Below the pieces are notes generated by a model. The model did no database searches. It was not told where the DNA came from and saw nothing but the letters and a program-made list of their open reading frames with translations. From Anaerolineae bacterium (GTDB lineage Bacteria; Chloroflexota; Anaerolineae; JACIWR01): a DNA stretch of 43,021 bases. This document shows positions 28,994 through 37,340 of this stretch, in pieces. The number at the start of each line of letters is the position of its first letter. Position 1 is the first letter of the stretch. The position numbers were made by a program, and so were the translations under genes. Location of the stretch: positions 1 to 43,021 of the forward strand of contig JACIWR010000003.1 in NCBI GenBank assembly GCA_014360845.1, written 5' to 3'.

Positions 28994-30121
28994 TCAATCG
29001 AGCGGGGTAGCGTACAACCTGATCTCGTCACCCACCACCTGGCCGCACCATGTCCCGCCGGCCAGCGCTCCCACCGGCAGATGGAAAAAGTCCAGCGGGT
29101 AGCACAGCCCTTCGCCCAGGCGGAAGCCATTGTCTTTGCTGGTGATCAAGCGCTCATCGGGCACGCCGGGGAAGTCCGGTCCGGCTGCCTCGCCCTGCAC
29201 CCAGCCCACACCGGGTAGGTAGACCTCGACCCAGACGTGCATGCCCAGGTTCTGCCCAAACCAACTGGCCAGCGGCTCGAAGTGGGGCGGACGCGGCTCG
29301 CCGATGCGCGCCGGGCGCAATCCCGCTATCACCCGCGCTGGAATCCCCGCCGCCCGGCAGAGGGCGACGAAGACCTTGCTCTGACCGTTGCAGTCGCCCA
29401 ACCCCTCCTGAATGCAGCCTAGCGTGTCCGAGGGATAGGGGTCGCCCAGCCTGGGATAGATGATGTGCTCCTCCACCCACTGCTGGATGAGCAAGACTTT
29501 CCGCCACGGGTTGGTCTCATCCCCGACGATGGATTCGGCCAGAGCGCGTACCTCTTCGCGGTCCGAGGGGATGACCGCGTTGGGCGCGGTGTAGGTCTGG
29601 TACAACTCGCTCGTCTCGTCGTAGTCCCCTATCTGCTCCGCATCAATCGTGTACACCGCCGGGGCCACGCTGACCTCGAACTCCACGCCGAAGATGCAAT
29701 CGCCAGACTGGCAGAGGGCAGGCACTTCCGCCCAATGCACCACCTGATTGCCGGCCCGGTCCAAAAGCTCGTACCCGTCCGGGTAAGCGCGCAGGAACTC
29801 GACATCGAGGGTGCCCTGCCCATCCCAATCGCGGGGCACGGGCAGCCACAGGTGATCCACCATCCTATCCTTGCGGTAGACCGTTGGCCGCTCGATCTCG
29901 TAACGCATGCGGTAGCGGCGGGTGGGCACCGGCGTTGGGGTGGGCGTGCTGGTCGGTGTTGGGGTCGCCGTCGGGGTGGGTGTGGGGGTATAAGTCGCTG
30001 TCGCCGTGGGCGATGGGGTCGCCGATGGAGTAGGCGAAGGCGACGGTGTAGGCGTCGGGCTCGATAGTGCCGGCGCGCAGCCGCTGATCAAAAGCAACAG
30101 AATACACAACCACTTTCTCAT
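28994..30121 (-). CDS. Lipoprotein with a PT-rich linker and a transglutaminase-like cysteine protease core.
   Basis: Lipobox [10 protein letters not shown]. About 45 aa of PT repeats. Core motifs [23 protein letters not shown] and [14 protein letters not shown]. The ATG at 30121 is preceded by GGAAGAGGA. The listed start at 30139 is TTG. Confidence 0.75.
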   Translation of the reverse strand: MRKWLCILLLLISGCAPALSSPTPTPSPSPTPSATPSPTATATYTPTPTPTATPTPTSTPTPTPVPTRRYRMRYEIERPTVYRKDRMVDHLWLPVPRDWDGQGTLDVEFLRAYPDGYELLDRAGNQVVHWAEVPALCQSGDCIFGVEFEVSVAPAVYTIDAEQIGDYDETSELYQTYTAPNAVIPSDREEVRALAESIVGDETNPWRKVLLIQQWVEEHIIYPRLGDPYPSDTLGCIQEGLGDCNGQSKVFVALCRAAGIPARVIAGLRPARIGEPRPPHFEPLASWFGQNLGMHVWVEVYLPGVGWVQGEAAGPDFPGVPDERLITSKDNGFRLGEGLCYPLDFFHLPVGALAGGTWCGQVVGDEIRLYATPLD

Positions 30122-30151
30122 GAGTTCCTCTTCCCTCAACCTCCCGCAGGT

Positions 30152-30997
30152 TCAGAACCCGCGGGAGGTTCGTTGCGCCAGCCAATCCCGCATGAAGGCC
30201 AGGACCTGGTCCTTTTCTGGCTCGTTAAAAATCTCGTGGTACAGGCCATCCCACAGTTTGAGCGTTTTGTCCTGGGACGAGATGGACTCGTACAGCTCGC
30301 GGCTGGCGGCGGGATCGGCCAGCTTATCCTCGGTGCCGTGCATGATGAGCACCGGACAGGTGATCGCGTGTGCGTCGCGCAGCACCTGGCGGGCGGTTCT
30401 GAGCATTTCCACGCAGACACAGGCGGGCACCTGTCCCCGGTAATTCAGCGGGTCGCTGTCGTAGCAGGCCACGACTTCGGGGTCACGGGAGATAGCTGTC
30501 GCTGCCAGGCGCGTCACTCCCATGCCGGGGAACAGGCGGGCAACAACCCCGCTCAGCGCCTGCAACAGCGGTGACACGCCCTCGCTGGGTCTAAACCAGG
30601 GACCGGATAACACCAGTCCATCCACCCGATCAGGATGCTGGATGGTGTAGGCCGTCGCTAACAGGCCTCCCATGCTGTGACCGACGAGAAAAAGAGGCCC
30701 CACTCCCCCGATGGCGCGAACCACGGTGACGAACTTGTCCAGGTCGTCCACCAGAAACTGGAAGCGCTCGAAGTACCCCCGCCGGCCCGCCGATTCGCCG
30801 TGGCCCCGATGATCGAGGGCGTACACGACGTAGCCCTGGCCGACGAAGTAGTCCGCCACGTGGGTGTAGCGACCGCTATGCTCGGCGTATCCGTGGGCCA
30901 CCACCAACACGGCACGGGGATCACCCTCCGGCTCCCATCCTCGATAGTAGATAATAGAATCGTTAAACCCTGTGAAAATACCTTCAATATCGCTCAT
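30152..30997 (-). CDS. Alpha/beta hydrolase, monoacylglycerol lipase/lysophospholipase-like.
   Basis: Motifs HGYAEHSGRY, the nucleophile elbow GHSMGG, and HGTEDKL..YHEIFNE. Confidence 0.8.
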   Translation of the reverse strand: MSDIEGIFTGFNDSIIYYRGWEPEGDPRAVLVVAHGYAEHSGRYTHVADYFVGQGYVVYALDHRGHGESAGRRGYFERFQFLVDDLDKFVTVVRAIGGVGPLFLVGHSMGGLLATAYTIQHPDRVDGLVLSGPWFRPSEGVSPLLQALSGVVARLFPGMGVTRLAATAISRDPEVVACYDSDPLNYRGQVPACVCVEMLRTARQVLRDAHAITCPVLIMHGTEDKLADPAASRELYESISSQDKTLKLWDGLYHEIFNEPEKDQVLAFMRDWLAQRTSRGF

Positions 30998-31053
30998 TTT
31001 CCGCTGGCCTCCTGACTTTTCGAAAGCCTCACTGGTCGGGTAGCAAACCCCAC

Positions 31054-32229
31054 CTACTCCAGGGCATTCGCCACCAGGGTAATCAGGTCGCGCACTGGCA
31101 TTTCAATCTCCGCGCCCAACCTGGGATCGTCCATGGCGCACAAGAAATGAATCTGGCACTTGGCGCAGGCCGTGACCAGCATCTCGGCGCCGGTGGCCCG
31201 TGCCTCCCGCAGGCGTTCCACCTGGATAGCCTTGCTCGTCGCGCCGCAGTTCGTCCATCCGCTGGTGCCGCAACAAGTGGAGGTTTTGCCCGCGTGTGCC
31301 ATCTCCACTATCTCGATGCCCAGGGCCCGCAGAAGCTGGCGTGGGGCATCGTACACGTGCATGTAGCGTCCCAGCCGGCATGGGTCCTGGTAGGTGGCGG
31401 ATGGTGAATGGTGGGTGGCAGATGGCGGATGGCGGGTGGCAGATAGCAGATGGCGAATGGCGGATAGCAGGTCACTGGCGGACAGTAACTCGGCGATGTG
31501 CAGCACTTCCATGCCGGTATTGCCCACGAAGGCCGGGTAGTCCACTTTGAGGGTGTAGGCACATTCCGGACAGGAGGTGACGATGCGTCGGGCTCCGGTG
31601 CTCCGCAGCAGTTCCAGGTTCAGTTCGGCCAGGTGGCGGAAGGTGTTCACGTCGCCTTGCCACAGCAAGTCGTGACCGCAGCAGCGTTCGTCGGCCAGGA
31701 CGGCGGGTACGATGTCCAGCGCGTTGAGCACGCGCACCGCAGCGCGGGCGATGTCCACGCCCTGGAAGCCCTGTCGGCGGAAAAGCACGTCATAATACGG
31801 CAGACAACCCACCCAGTACACCGTATCCGAGGTAGGTGAGACCTGCAGGTCCCCCATCAACCAGTCCAGCCGGTTCTGCTTCAGCGCCGGATCGGCCATC
31901 ATGCGCATCCAGGTGTGGATGGTATCGCCGTGAGTGCACGCGCCCTGGTGGCCGATCTCGCGAGCCAGGATGCGCAGCTCGCGAGTGAACTCGGAGTAGT
32001 GCACATCCGAGGGGCAGATTTCGCTGCACCGTCGGCAGGTGAGGCAGGCCCAGGCCAAAGGGCTTTCCAGGACAGCATGAGCACGTCCGGCAACCACCTC
32101 TTCCACAATCCGGCGCGGCGAAAACCCGCTGTCCTGTCGCGCCACGGGACACGTCGCCGTGCATTTACCGCATTCCAGGCAATAGTAAGCCCGGTGGCGG
32201 GTGATTGTTTGTTTGATAGGGTCTGGCAA
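31054..32229 (-). CDS. HdrD-like Fe-S oxidoreductase: a fused HdrC-type 2x[4Fe-4S] domain plus two HdrB-type CCG domains.
   Basis: Motifs CLECGKCTATCPV, CLTCRRCSEICPS, CCGHDL, YQDPCRLGRY and CCGTSGW. I place the start at TTG 32229, which lies 8 nt after AGGAG and 11 nt after the mvhD stop. The listed ORF start at 32535 would overlap all of mvhD. Confidence 0.75.
   Translation of the reverse strand: MPDPIKQTITRHRAYYCLECGKCTATCPVARQDSGFSPRRIVEEVVAGRAHAVLESPLAWACLTCRRCSEICPSDVHYSEFTRELRILAREIGHQGACTHGDTIHTWMRMMADPALKQNRLDWLMGDLQVSPTSDTVYWVGCLPYYDVLFRRQGFQGVDIARAAVRVLNALDIVPAVLADERCCGHDLLWQGDVNTFRHLAELNLELLRSTGARRIVTSCPECAYTLKVDYPAFVGNTGMEVLHIAELLSASDLLSAIRHLLSATRHPPSATHHSPSATYQDPCRLGRYMHVYDAPRQLLRALGIEIVEMAHAGKTSTCCGTSGWTNCGATSKAIQVERLREARATGAEMLVTACAKCQIHFLCAMDDPRLGAEIEMPVRDLITLVANALE
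31389..31472. repeat. 12 tandem heptamers (consensus GGCRGAT on the plus strand) inside the hdrD-like coding sequence.
   Basis: Units read ggtaggt ggcggat ggtgaat ggtgggt ggcagat ggcggat ggcgggt ggcagat agcagat ggcgaat ggcggat agcaggt. That is 84 nt or 28 codons, and it encodes LLSAIRHLLSATRHPPSATHHSPSAT. Confidence 0.85.
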
Positions 32230-32240
32230 TGTGCGATCTC

Positions 32241-32657
32241 CTAATGGGATGGCGGAAGAGTGGAAGGTTGGAAGGAGCACAACTGCTCGATGAACGCTGT
32301 CACTTTCTCCACAAAGGCGTGCCCATCGCCGACATCCAGCCAATCCAGGCGCAATCGCTCCTCGGCGATACCCAGCAAATGCGCCAGCGCCCGTGCCTCG
32401 GCAAAGACTTCTTCCGCGTGGCGGTTTCCGAAGCCGTAGTGACATTCGCCCGGCGGGCAACCCAGCAGAAGCACGCTGTCGGCCCCCTGCTCGAATGCCT
32501 TGAGGATCAGCCCCGGATGCAGGCGGCCCAGACACATCACCTTGACCGCATACACGCCGGCCGGATAGCTCAAACCCTCGACGCCCGCCGCCTCCAAACT
32601 GCTATACGCATTCCAGTTACAGGTGAACACAATAACCCGTGTTTCCGTTTTTTCCAT
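32241..32657 (-). CDS. mvhD: MvhD-like protein (methyl-viologen-reducing hydrogenase delta-subunit family [2Fe-2S] protein).
   Basis: Reads VIVFTCNWNAYSSLEAAG..VKVMCLGRLHP..LLLGCPPGECHYGFGN. The ATG at 32657 is preceded by GGAAGGTG. The last ~8 codons lie in octamer repeats at 32252-32275. Confidence 0.8.
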   Translation of the reverse strand: MEKTETRVIVFTCNWNAYSSLEAAGVEGLSYPAGVYAVKVMCLGRLHPGLILKAFEQGADSVLLLGCPPGECHYGFGNRHAEEVFAEARALAHLLGIAEERLRLDWLDVGDGHAFVEKVTAFIEQLCSFQPSTLPPSH

Positions 32658-32712
32658 CACCTTCCGTCCTCGGGTCGCCCGCGCAGATGAAACCCAGCAA
32701 TCAGGCCTTATC

Positions 32713-33333
32713 TCAGTCGTCAAAGCAAGTCAGCATTACCACCGTATAGTCGTCGTTTACGCTGAACGCCAGCATAACGTTGGCACGTTCCTCTTCACGC
32801 ACAAAATCTAAAACAACGGCGGGGCCCCCGAACAAACCTGCCTCACTATACTGACGCTTATACAACTGCCAGCCCAGTACTGCCATTTGTTCCTGGTAAT
32901 AAGCCTCTACGTCTTCCACCATAGCCTCAACCGCATAAACATAGCTGAAGCCAGCAGGCCGCCCCTCGATAGCCCCCGGCATGACAGGCAATCCTTCCCA
33001 TGAGGGCACAGGCGTTCCCATGGTATCTGATTGACCGCTTACAGTAGACGTAGGCTCTGGCAGTGTGGCGGTCGGGGCTATTACCGATGGCGTCGGAGTG
33101 TCCACCGGCAATTGAGTCGCGGTGGGGAGTGGTGTCGCAGTAGGAAGGGGTGTCGTGGTGGGGAGTGGTGTCACGGTAGGAAGCGGTGTTTTAGTGGATT
33201 CTGGTGTTGCGGTAGGTGTTGATGTCTCAATTGCCGTCGTCGCGGTGGTGATAGACGATACCTGGAAAGATGAATCACAGGACGACAACACAATAACGCA
33301 AAAAATCATCACGGCAAACAAGCCTCGCTGCAT
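32713..33333 (-). CDS. Lipoprotein with a PT-rich linker and a small C-terminal domain of unknown function.
   Basis: Lipobox VIVLSSCDSS. The linker is TPTATPESTKTPLPTVTPLPTTTPLPTATPLPTAT. It is embedded between the hdrL-like gene and mvhD. Confidence 0.6.
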   Translation of the reverse strand: MQRGLFAVMIFCVIVLSSCDSSFQVSSITTATTAIETSTPTATPESTKTPLPTVTPLPTTTPLPTATPLPTATQLPVDTPTPSVIAPTATLPEPTSTVSGQSDTMGTPVPSWEGLPVMPGAIEGRPAGFSYVYAVEAMVEDVEAYYQEQMAVLGWQLYKRQYSEAGLFGGPAVVLDFVREEERANVMLAFSVNDDYTVVMLTCFDD

Positions 33334-33430
33334 TGGATGTCCTCCTTTAGCTAAGAGTCCCTCAATTACTCATCCAAATAAGCGGTCACACATCAAACGC
33401 CCCCAAAATGCTATTCGTCCTCCCCGCTCC

Positions 33431-33480
33431 ATCCGTTCAATCCGTTCCATCCGCTTAATCCGCTGACTAATCCGCTGACA
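33431..33480. repeat. Tandem nonamer-type repeat (ATCCGYTYA) spanning the hdrL-like stop codon.
   Basis: The atccg motif recurs at 33431, 33440, 33449, 33458 and 33470. The last unit supplies the final codons (..LSAD) and sits beside the TAG at 33467-33469. Confidence 0.7.
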
Positions 33481-36400
33481 ATACCGCCTTTAGCATAGCC
33501 TCGATTTGTGCATCCGTCGAGTAACCGGCCACGATAGCGCCCGACGGGCAATGCGCCGCGCAGGTCCCGCACCCGGTACAGGCCGCCGCATTGACCACGG
33601 CATGCCACCCTCCTGCCGCCGTCTGCCGCACGGCGATGGCTCCGAACTCGCACAGCGATTCACAAGTGCCGCACGCCCGGCAGCGCACCGCCTCCACCTG
33701 GGCCACGTTGCCGTCCGCCCCCCGCCGGCTGCGCCCCAGCAGGGCCATCACCTGGGCCGCAACCGCCGCGCCGGACTTCTCCGTTTCCTGCTCTGGAGAA
33801 CAGACGAAGAGGCCCGGTCGTCGGCCCGCCAGCCCCCCTAGATCAAAAACCCGTTCCCAGGGCGCGAAATCGGTAGCGCTGGCGGGAGCAAGCACTATCA
33901 CCGCGGCGGACACGGTACGCGACGCGTCATTGTATCCCAGGGTCACGGTGTAATCGCCCAGGGAACCCCGCGCCTCGACTGGTTGACTCGCCTCGCGTAT
34001 CACAGCCACGCCCTGGCGAGCGAGAAGTCCGGCGCAGGTCTCGGCGGCCTGGCCCCGCCCCCACACCAGCACCGGCCCCGTCACAGGCTCTACCACTCGA
34101 CGGCGCGCATCCGGTTCCCGCAGCCTGGCAACCGCCGCCGCTATCAAGCGCCGCGCCTTGGCCGTGGCTCGCGCCGCATCGTCGGCGTGCACCCAGGCGC
34201 ACTGTTCACGGATGTTCACCAGCTCTATGCGTGCCGGGATTTGCTGGCCGCCGTCCGCCAACACCCCCAAATGCGTCCGGCATCGCACCCGCTGTGACGT
34301 GCACCCGTAGCAGACCTGATCCAGCGTACAGCACGAGCAGGCGGCCAGGACCACGCCGTCCAACCCGTGGACTCTCACCGCAGCGGCTATCGTCTCCGCC
34401 CCTTCTGCCTGGCAGGCAAAATCCAGAGGGGCAGCGTAGACCACGCCTGGCCAGTGAGTCGCCTGGGCCACCACCGTGGAGACGTCCACCACGTCGGCGA
34501 TCTCGCTCCCGCATTTGCAGACGAAGACCCCGATGCGGATGGCGAAGGGCGGATGGCGGATAGCAAGTGGCAGACGGCGAGTGGCGGATGGGGTGGGGAG
34601 GACCTCTAGAGCAACGCCCAAATCGGCCATGACCCGCGCGGCCACCGCCGAAGCGCCCACCACATCGTCAGCCGCCACGTGATACACGCGATCATCGCCG
34701 CCGGTCACCTGCCCCTCACCCACGAGGACAACCGCTCCCACGTCCAGAGTGGCCGTCTCCTCGCGCATGGCGTGGTCAATCGCCCGCGGCTGGCAGACCT
34801 TCTCGCAGGCCAGGCACTCGGCGCAAGGACCGCAGCTCAGACAGCGACTGGCCTCGGCCAAGGCCGTCGCCTCGTCGAAACCCAGCTCCACCTCCGCGTA
34901 CCCGCCAGTCCGCTCCGCCGGGGAGATGGTCGGCATGGGCTGGCGCGGTTTGGGCCCTTTCTCCTCCGGCAGCAGTTCGCGGCGGGCCACCGGCATCGGG
35001 GGCGCTTCCACCGCCAACTCGTCCGGCAATCTGAGGCCGCGCAGGAAAGCGTCCATGGCTCGCGCGGCCCGCTTCCCCTTGCCGATGGCGTCAATCACCG
35101 ACCAGGGCTGGCCGATGGCGTCGCCCGCGGCGAACACGCCCGGCTTGCCGGTCATGTAAGTCACCGGGTCCACAAGCAGATTGCCCTGGCGGGTGACACC
35201 GCACTCACCCAGCGCCTCGCCCAGAAAATCCAGGTCGGGCTGCTGACCGATGGCCGGCACCACCAAATCCACCTCCACGATGAACTCCGAACCGGCGATG
35301 GGCACCGGGCGGCGGCGACCGCTCTCGTCAGGTTCGCCCAATTCCATGCGCACGCACTCCAGCCCCACCACCTGCTCGCTTTCACCTATCACGCGGATGG
35401 GCTGAGTGAGAAATTCGATGGGAATCCCCTCCCGCTCGGCGTCCTCCACCTCGTCGGGGATGGCCGGCATCTCGTCCCGCGAGCGACGATAGAGAACGCG
35501 CACATCGCGCACGCCCTGGCGCAGCAGACAGCGGGCCACATCTATGGCCGTGTTTCCCCCGCCGATAACCGCTGCCCGTCGCACGTGAGGGGGTAAGAGC
35601 TGCCGCAACCGCTCCGGCCACTCCGAATCCGGCAATTGCTGCGCCAGATTGATCGTCCGCAGCAACTCGATCCCCTGCACCACGCCCGGCAGCTCCTCAC
35701 CGGGGATGACCAGATTCCGCGGGCGGTGTGCACCGACGCCCAGGAACACCGCATCGTACTTATCCAGCAAATCATCCACGCTGAGGTCGCCGTCCGGCCC
35801 GATGCGCGTATTGCAGCGTATCTCCACGCCCATCTCCTGGAGGCGCGCCACCTCGCGGCGGATCACCTCTCGGGGCAGCCGATAGGCCGGAATGCCCACA
35901 GCCATCATCCCGCCAACCACCGGCAGCGCCTCGAAGACCGTCACCGCATGCCCGCGCCTGACCAGTTCGTAGGCCACGGTGAGGCCAGAGGGACCGGAGC
36001 CGACGATGGCGACGTGTTTTCCAGTGGAAGGGCGGAAGGGCGGAGGGTTGGAAGGGTGGAAGGGTGGAAGGGTGCAGTCGGCGACGAAGCGCTTCAGGTT
36101 GCGTATGCTCAGCGCCTGGTCCACCTCCGCGCGGCGGCAGTTGGTCTCGCAGGGATGGTGACACACACGGCCCAGGATGCCAGGGAAGGGCACCGCCTCG
36201 TAAATCAAATCCAGGGCCTCGCGATAGCGTCCAGCAGCGATGAGGGCCACGTAGCCCTGTACGTGGATGCCGCCCGGGCAGGCGTCGGTACAGGGGGCGC
36301 GGCCCTGCCTGTCAATCACATAGATATTGGGCACCGAGACACCGGGCAGCTTGTGGATGGCAGTATGTCCCTGGCCCGGCACCACCACCGGGCAGACTTC

Positions 36401-36757
36401 CTCACAATCGCCGCAGGCCGTGCAGCGCTGTGCGTCCACAAAGCGGGGCCAGGAGCGAACCTCAGCGCGCAGGTCGGCCCCCTCCCCCGCCAGGCGAGTG
36501 AGGGTGGTATTCGTCCACACGGTGATACGCGGATGCTTCACCGCCTCCAACCGTAGGCCGGGTTGGTAACTCGTCTTACGGTTCCCGCCGAGAAAAGGCG
36601 AAGGTTCAACTAAATGAACCTGCAACCCGGCGTCCGCCAAATCCAGAGCAGCGCGGAGCCCCGCCGCATCGCTGCCCAGGATCAACACCTCTCGCGCCAA
36701 CCCTCTCCTCCTATCCGCCACCCACCAACCGCCGCCCGTATTCGTACCCCAGCTCAA
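33467..36757 (-). CDS. HdrL-like giant flavo-Fe-S fusion. Order: truncated HdrA-type FAD domain, ferredoxin, GltD/NfnB-type NAD(P)H:FAD module, Fe-S domain, HdrA N-terminal-type domain, 2x[4Fe-4S] ferredoxin.
   Basis: Motifs in order: [21 protein letters not shown]; CTACGDCEEVCP; GILGRVCHHPCETNCRR; HVAIVGSGPSGLTVAYEL..GGMM.GIP.YRLP; AAVIGGGNTAIDVAR; VFAAGDA; CLSCGPCAECLACEKVC; IGVFVCKCGSEIADVVD..VNIREQCAWVH; CRACGTCESLCE..CTGCGTCAAHCP. An alternative start is TTG 36700, which is 6 nt after AGGAGG and 10 nt after the korG stop. Confidence 0.8.
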   Translation of the reverse strand: MSWGTNTGGGWWVADRRRGLAREVLILGSDAAGLRAALDLADAGLQVHLVEPSPFLGGNRKTSYQPGLRLEAVKHPRITVWTNTTLTRLAGEGADLRAEVRSWPRFVDAQRCTACGDCEEVCPVVVPGQGHTAIHKLPGVSVPNIYVIDRQGRAPCTDACPGGIHVQGYVALIAAGRYREALDLIYEAVPFPGILGRVCHHPCETNCRRAEVDQALSIRNLKRFVADCTLPPFHPSNPPPFRPSTGKHVAIVGSGPSGLTVAYELVRRGHAVTVFEALPVVGGMMAVGIPAYRLPREVIRREVARLQEMGVEIRCNTRIGPDGDLSVDDLLDKYDAVFLGVGAHRPRNLVIPGEELPGVVQGIELLRTINLAQQLPDSEWPERLRQLLPPHVRRAAVIGGGNTAIDVARCLLRQGVRDVRVLYRRSRDEMPAIPDEVEDAEREGIPIEFLTQPIRVIGESEQVVGLECVRMELGEPDESGRRRPVPIAGSEFIVEVDLVVPAIGQQPDLDFLGEALGECGVTRQGNLLVDPVTYMTGKPGVFAAGDAIGQPWSVIDAIGKGKRAARAMDAFLRGLRLPDELAVEAPPMPVARRELLPEEKGPKPRQPMPTISPAERTGGYAEVELGFDEATALAEASRCLSCGPCAECLACEKVCQPRAIDHAMREETATLDVGAVVLVGEGQVTGGDDRVYHVAADDVVGASAVAARVMADLGVALEVLPTPSATRRLPLAIRHPPFAIRIGVFVCKCGSEIADVVDVSTVVAQATHWPGVVYAAPLDFACQAEGAETIAAAVRVHGLDGVVLAACSCCTLDQVCYGCTSQRVRCRTHLGVLADGGQQIPARIELVNIREQCAWVHADDAARATAKARRLIAAAVARLREPDARRRVVEPVTGPVLVWGRGQAAETCAGLLARQGVAVIREASQPVEARGSLGDYTVTLGYNDASRTVSAAVIVLAPASATDFAPWERVFDLGGLAGRRPGLFVCSPEQETEKSGAAVAAQVMALLGRSRRGADGNVAQVEAVRCRACGTCESLCEFGAIAVRQTAAGGWHAVVNAAACTGCGTCAAHCPSGAIVAGYSTDAQIEAMLKAVLSAD
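34534..34596. repeat. 9 tandem heptamers of the GGCGGAT family in frame inside the hdrL-like gene.
   Basis: Units read tgcggat ggcgaag ggcggat ggcggat agcaagt ggcagac ggcgagt ggcggat ggggtgg. That is 63 nt or 21 codons. It encodes PTPSATRRLPLAIRHPPFAIR immediately before IGVFVCKCG. Confidence 0.8.
36024..36071. repeat. 6 tandem octamers (GYGGAAGG) in frame inside the hdrL-like gene.
   Basis: Units read gtggaagg gcggaagg gcggaggg ttggaagg gtggaagg gtggaagg. That is 48 nt or 16 codons. It encodes TLPPFHPSNPPPFRPS just before the Rossmann motif GKHVAIVGSGPSG. Confidence 0.85.
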
Positions 36758-37265
36758 AAGCGCGACTGTTGAGCTCCTCCGTGCCCTTAGGCACCGACTC
36801 CAGCACGGCCCGGCGCAAGGCCTCCACCGAGACCACGTCGGTCACGGCGGCGAAGAAACCCAGCATCACCACGTTGGCCACAATCCTGCGCCCCAGCTCC
36901 TCCTCGGCCAGACGAGTGGCAGGAATGGAGAGAACACGCAGACCCGCCGCTTCCTCCCCCAGCTCAACCAGGTCCTCATCTACGAGCAGAACCCCCTCGC
37001 GGTTGAAATCGGGCACGTACTTGCTGTAAGCCCCCTGGGACATCACCACCAGAATGCGCGGGTCCAGAAGATGGGGGTAGTGGATGGGTTCATCGGAGAT
37101 GATAACCTGCGCCGCACAGGCTCCGCCTCGCGATTCCGGCCCGTAGCTCTGGGTGAAAGTGGCGTACTTGCCATCGTGAATGGCCGCCGCCATGCCAACT
37201 ATCTCCCCGCTACGTATGATTCCCTGCCCACCGAAGCCGGCTATACGCACCTCGATTCTGCTCAT
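36711..37265 (-). CDS. korC: 2-oxoacid:ferredoxin oxidoreductase gamma subunit.
   Basis: Starts MSRIEVRIAGFGGQGIIRSGEI, followed by SYGPESRGG. 184 aa. GGAG lies 7 nt upstream of the ATG. The last codons and the stop lie in three heptamer units at 36713-36733. Confidence 0.85.
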   Translation of the reverse strand: MSRIEVRIAGFGGQGIIRSGEIVGMAAAIHDGKYATFTQSYGPESRGGACAAQVIISDEPIHYPHLLDPRILVVMSQGAYSKYVPDFNREGVLLVDEDLVELGEEAAGLRVLSIPATRLAEEELGRRIVANVVMLGFFAAVTDVVSVEALRRAVLESVPKGTEELNSRAFELGYEYGRRLVGGG

Positions 37266-37283
37266 TTCTATGCTCCACTCATC

Positions 37284-37340
37284 AGGTGACAGTCACTTCC
37301 AAAGTGACTGTCACCTGGCTGTCACCTGGCTGTCACCTGG
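37284..37340. repeat. 14-bp perfect hairpin whose right arm is the first of three perfect 11-nt tandem repeats (CTGTCACCTGG).
   Basis: The hairpin is aggtgacagtcact-tccaa-agtgactgtcacct (37284-37316). The ctgtcacctgg copies lie at 37308, 37319 and 37330. The korB stop (37322-37324) is inside copy 2. Confidence 0.85.

Noticed and set aside
32230-32535. N-terminal 102 aa of the listed 493-aa ORF (31054..32535).
   Set aside because: It overlaps the mvhD coding sequence in another frame and is Gly/Arg/Ala/Pro-rich with no motifs. A good SD-TTG start exists at 32229, just before the first Fe-S motif.
34679-36556. Two plus-strand ORFs of about 305 aa (34679..35596 and 35636..36556) within the hdrL-like gene.
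   Set aside because: They are antisense shadow ORFs of a gene with clear GltD, HdrA and ferredoxin motifs on the minus strand.
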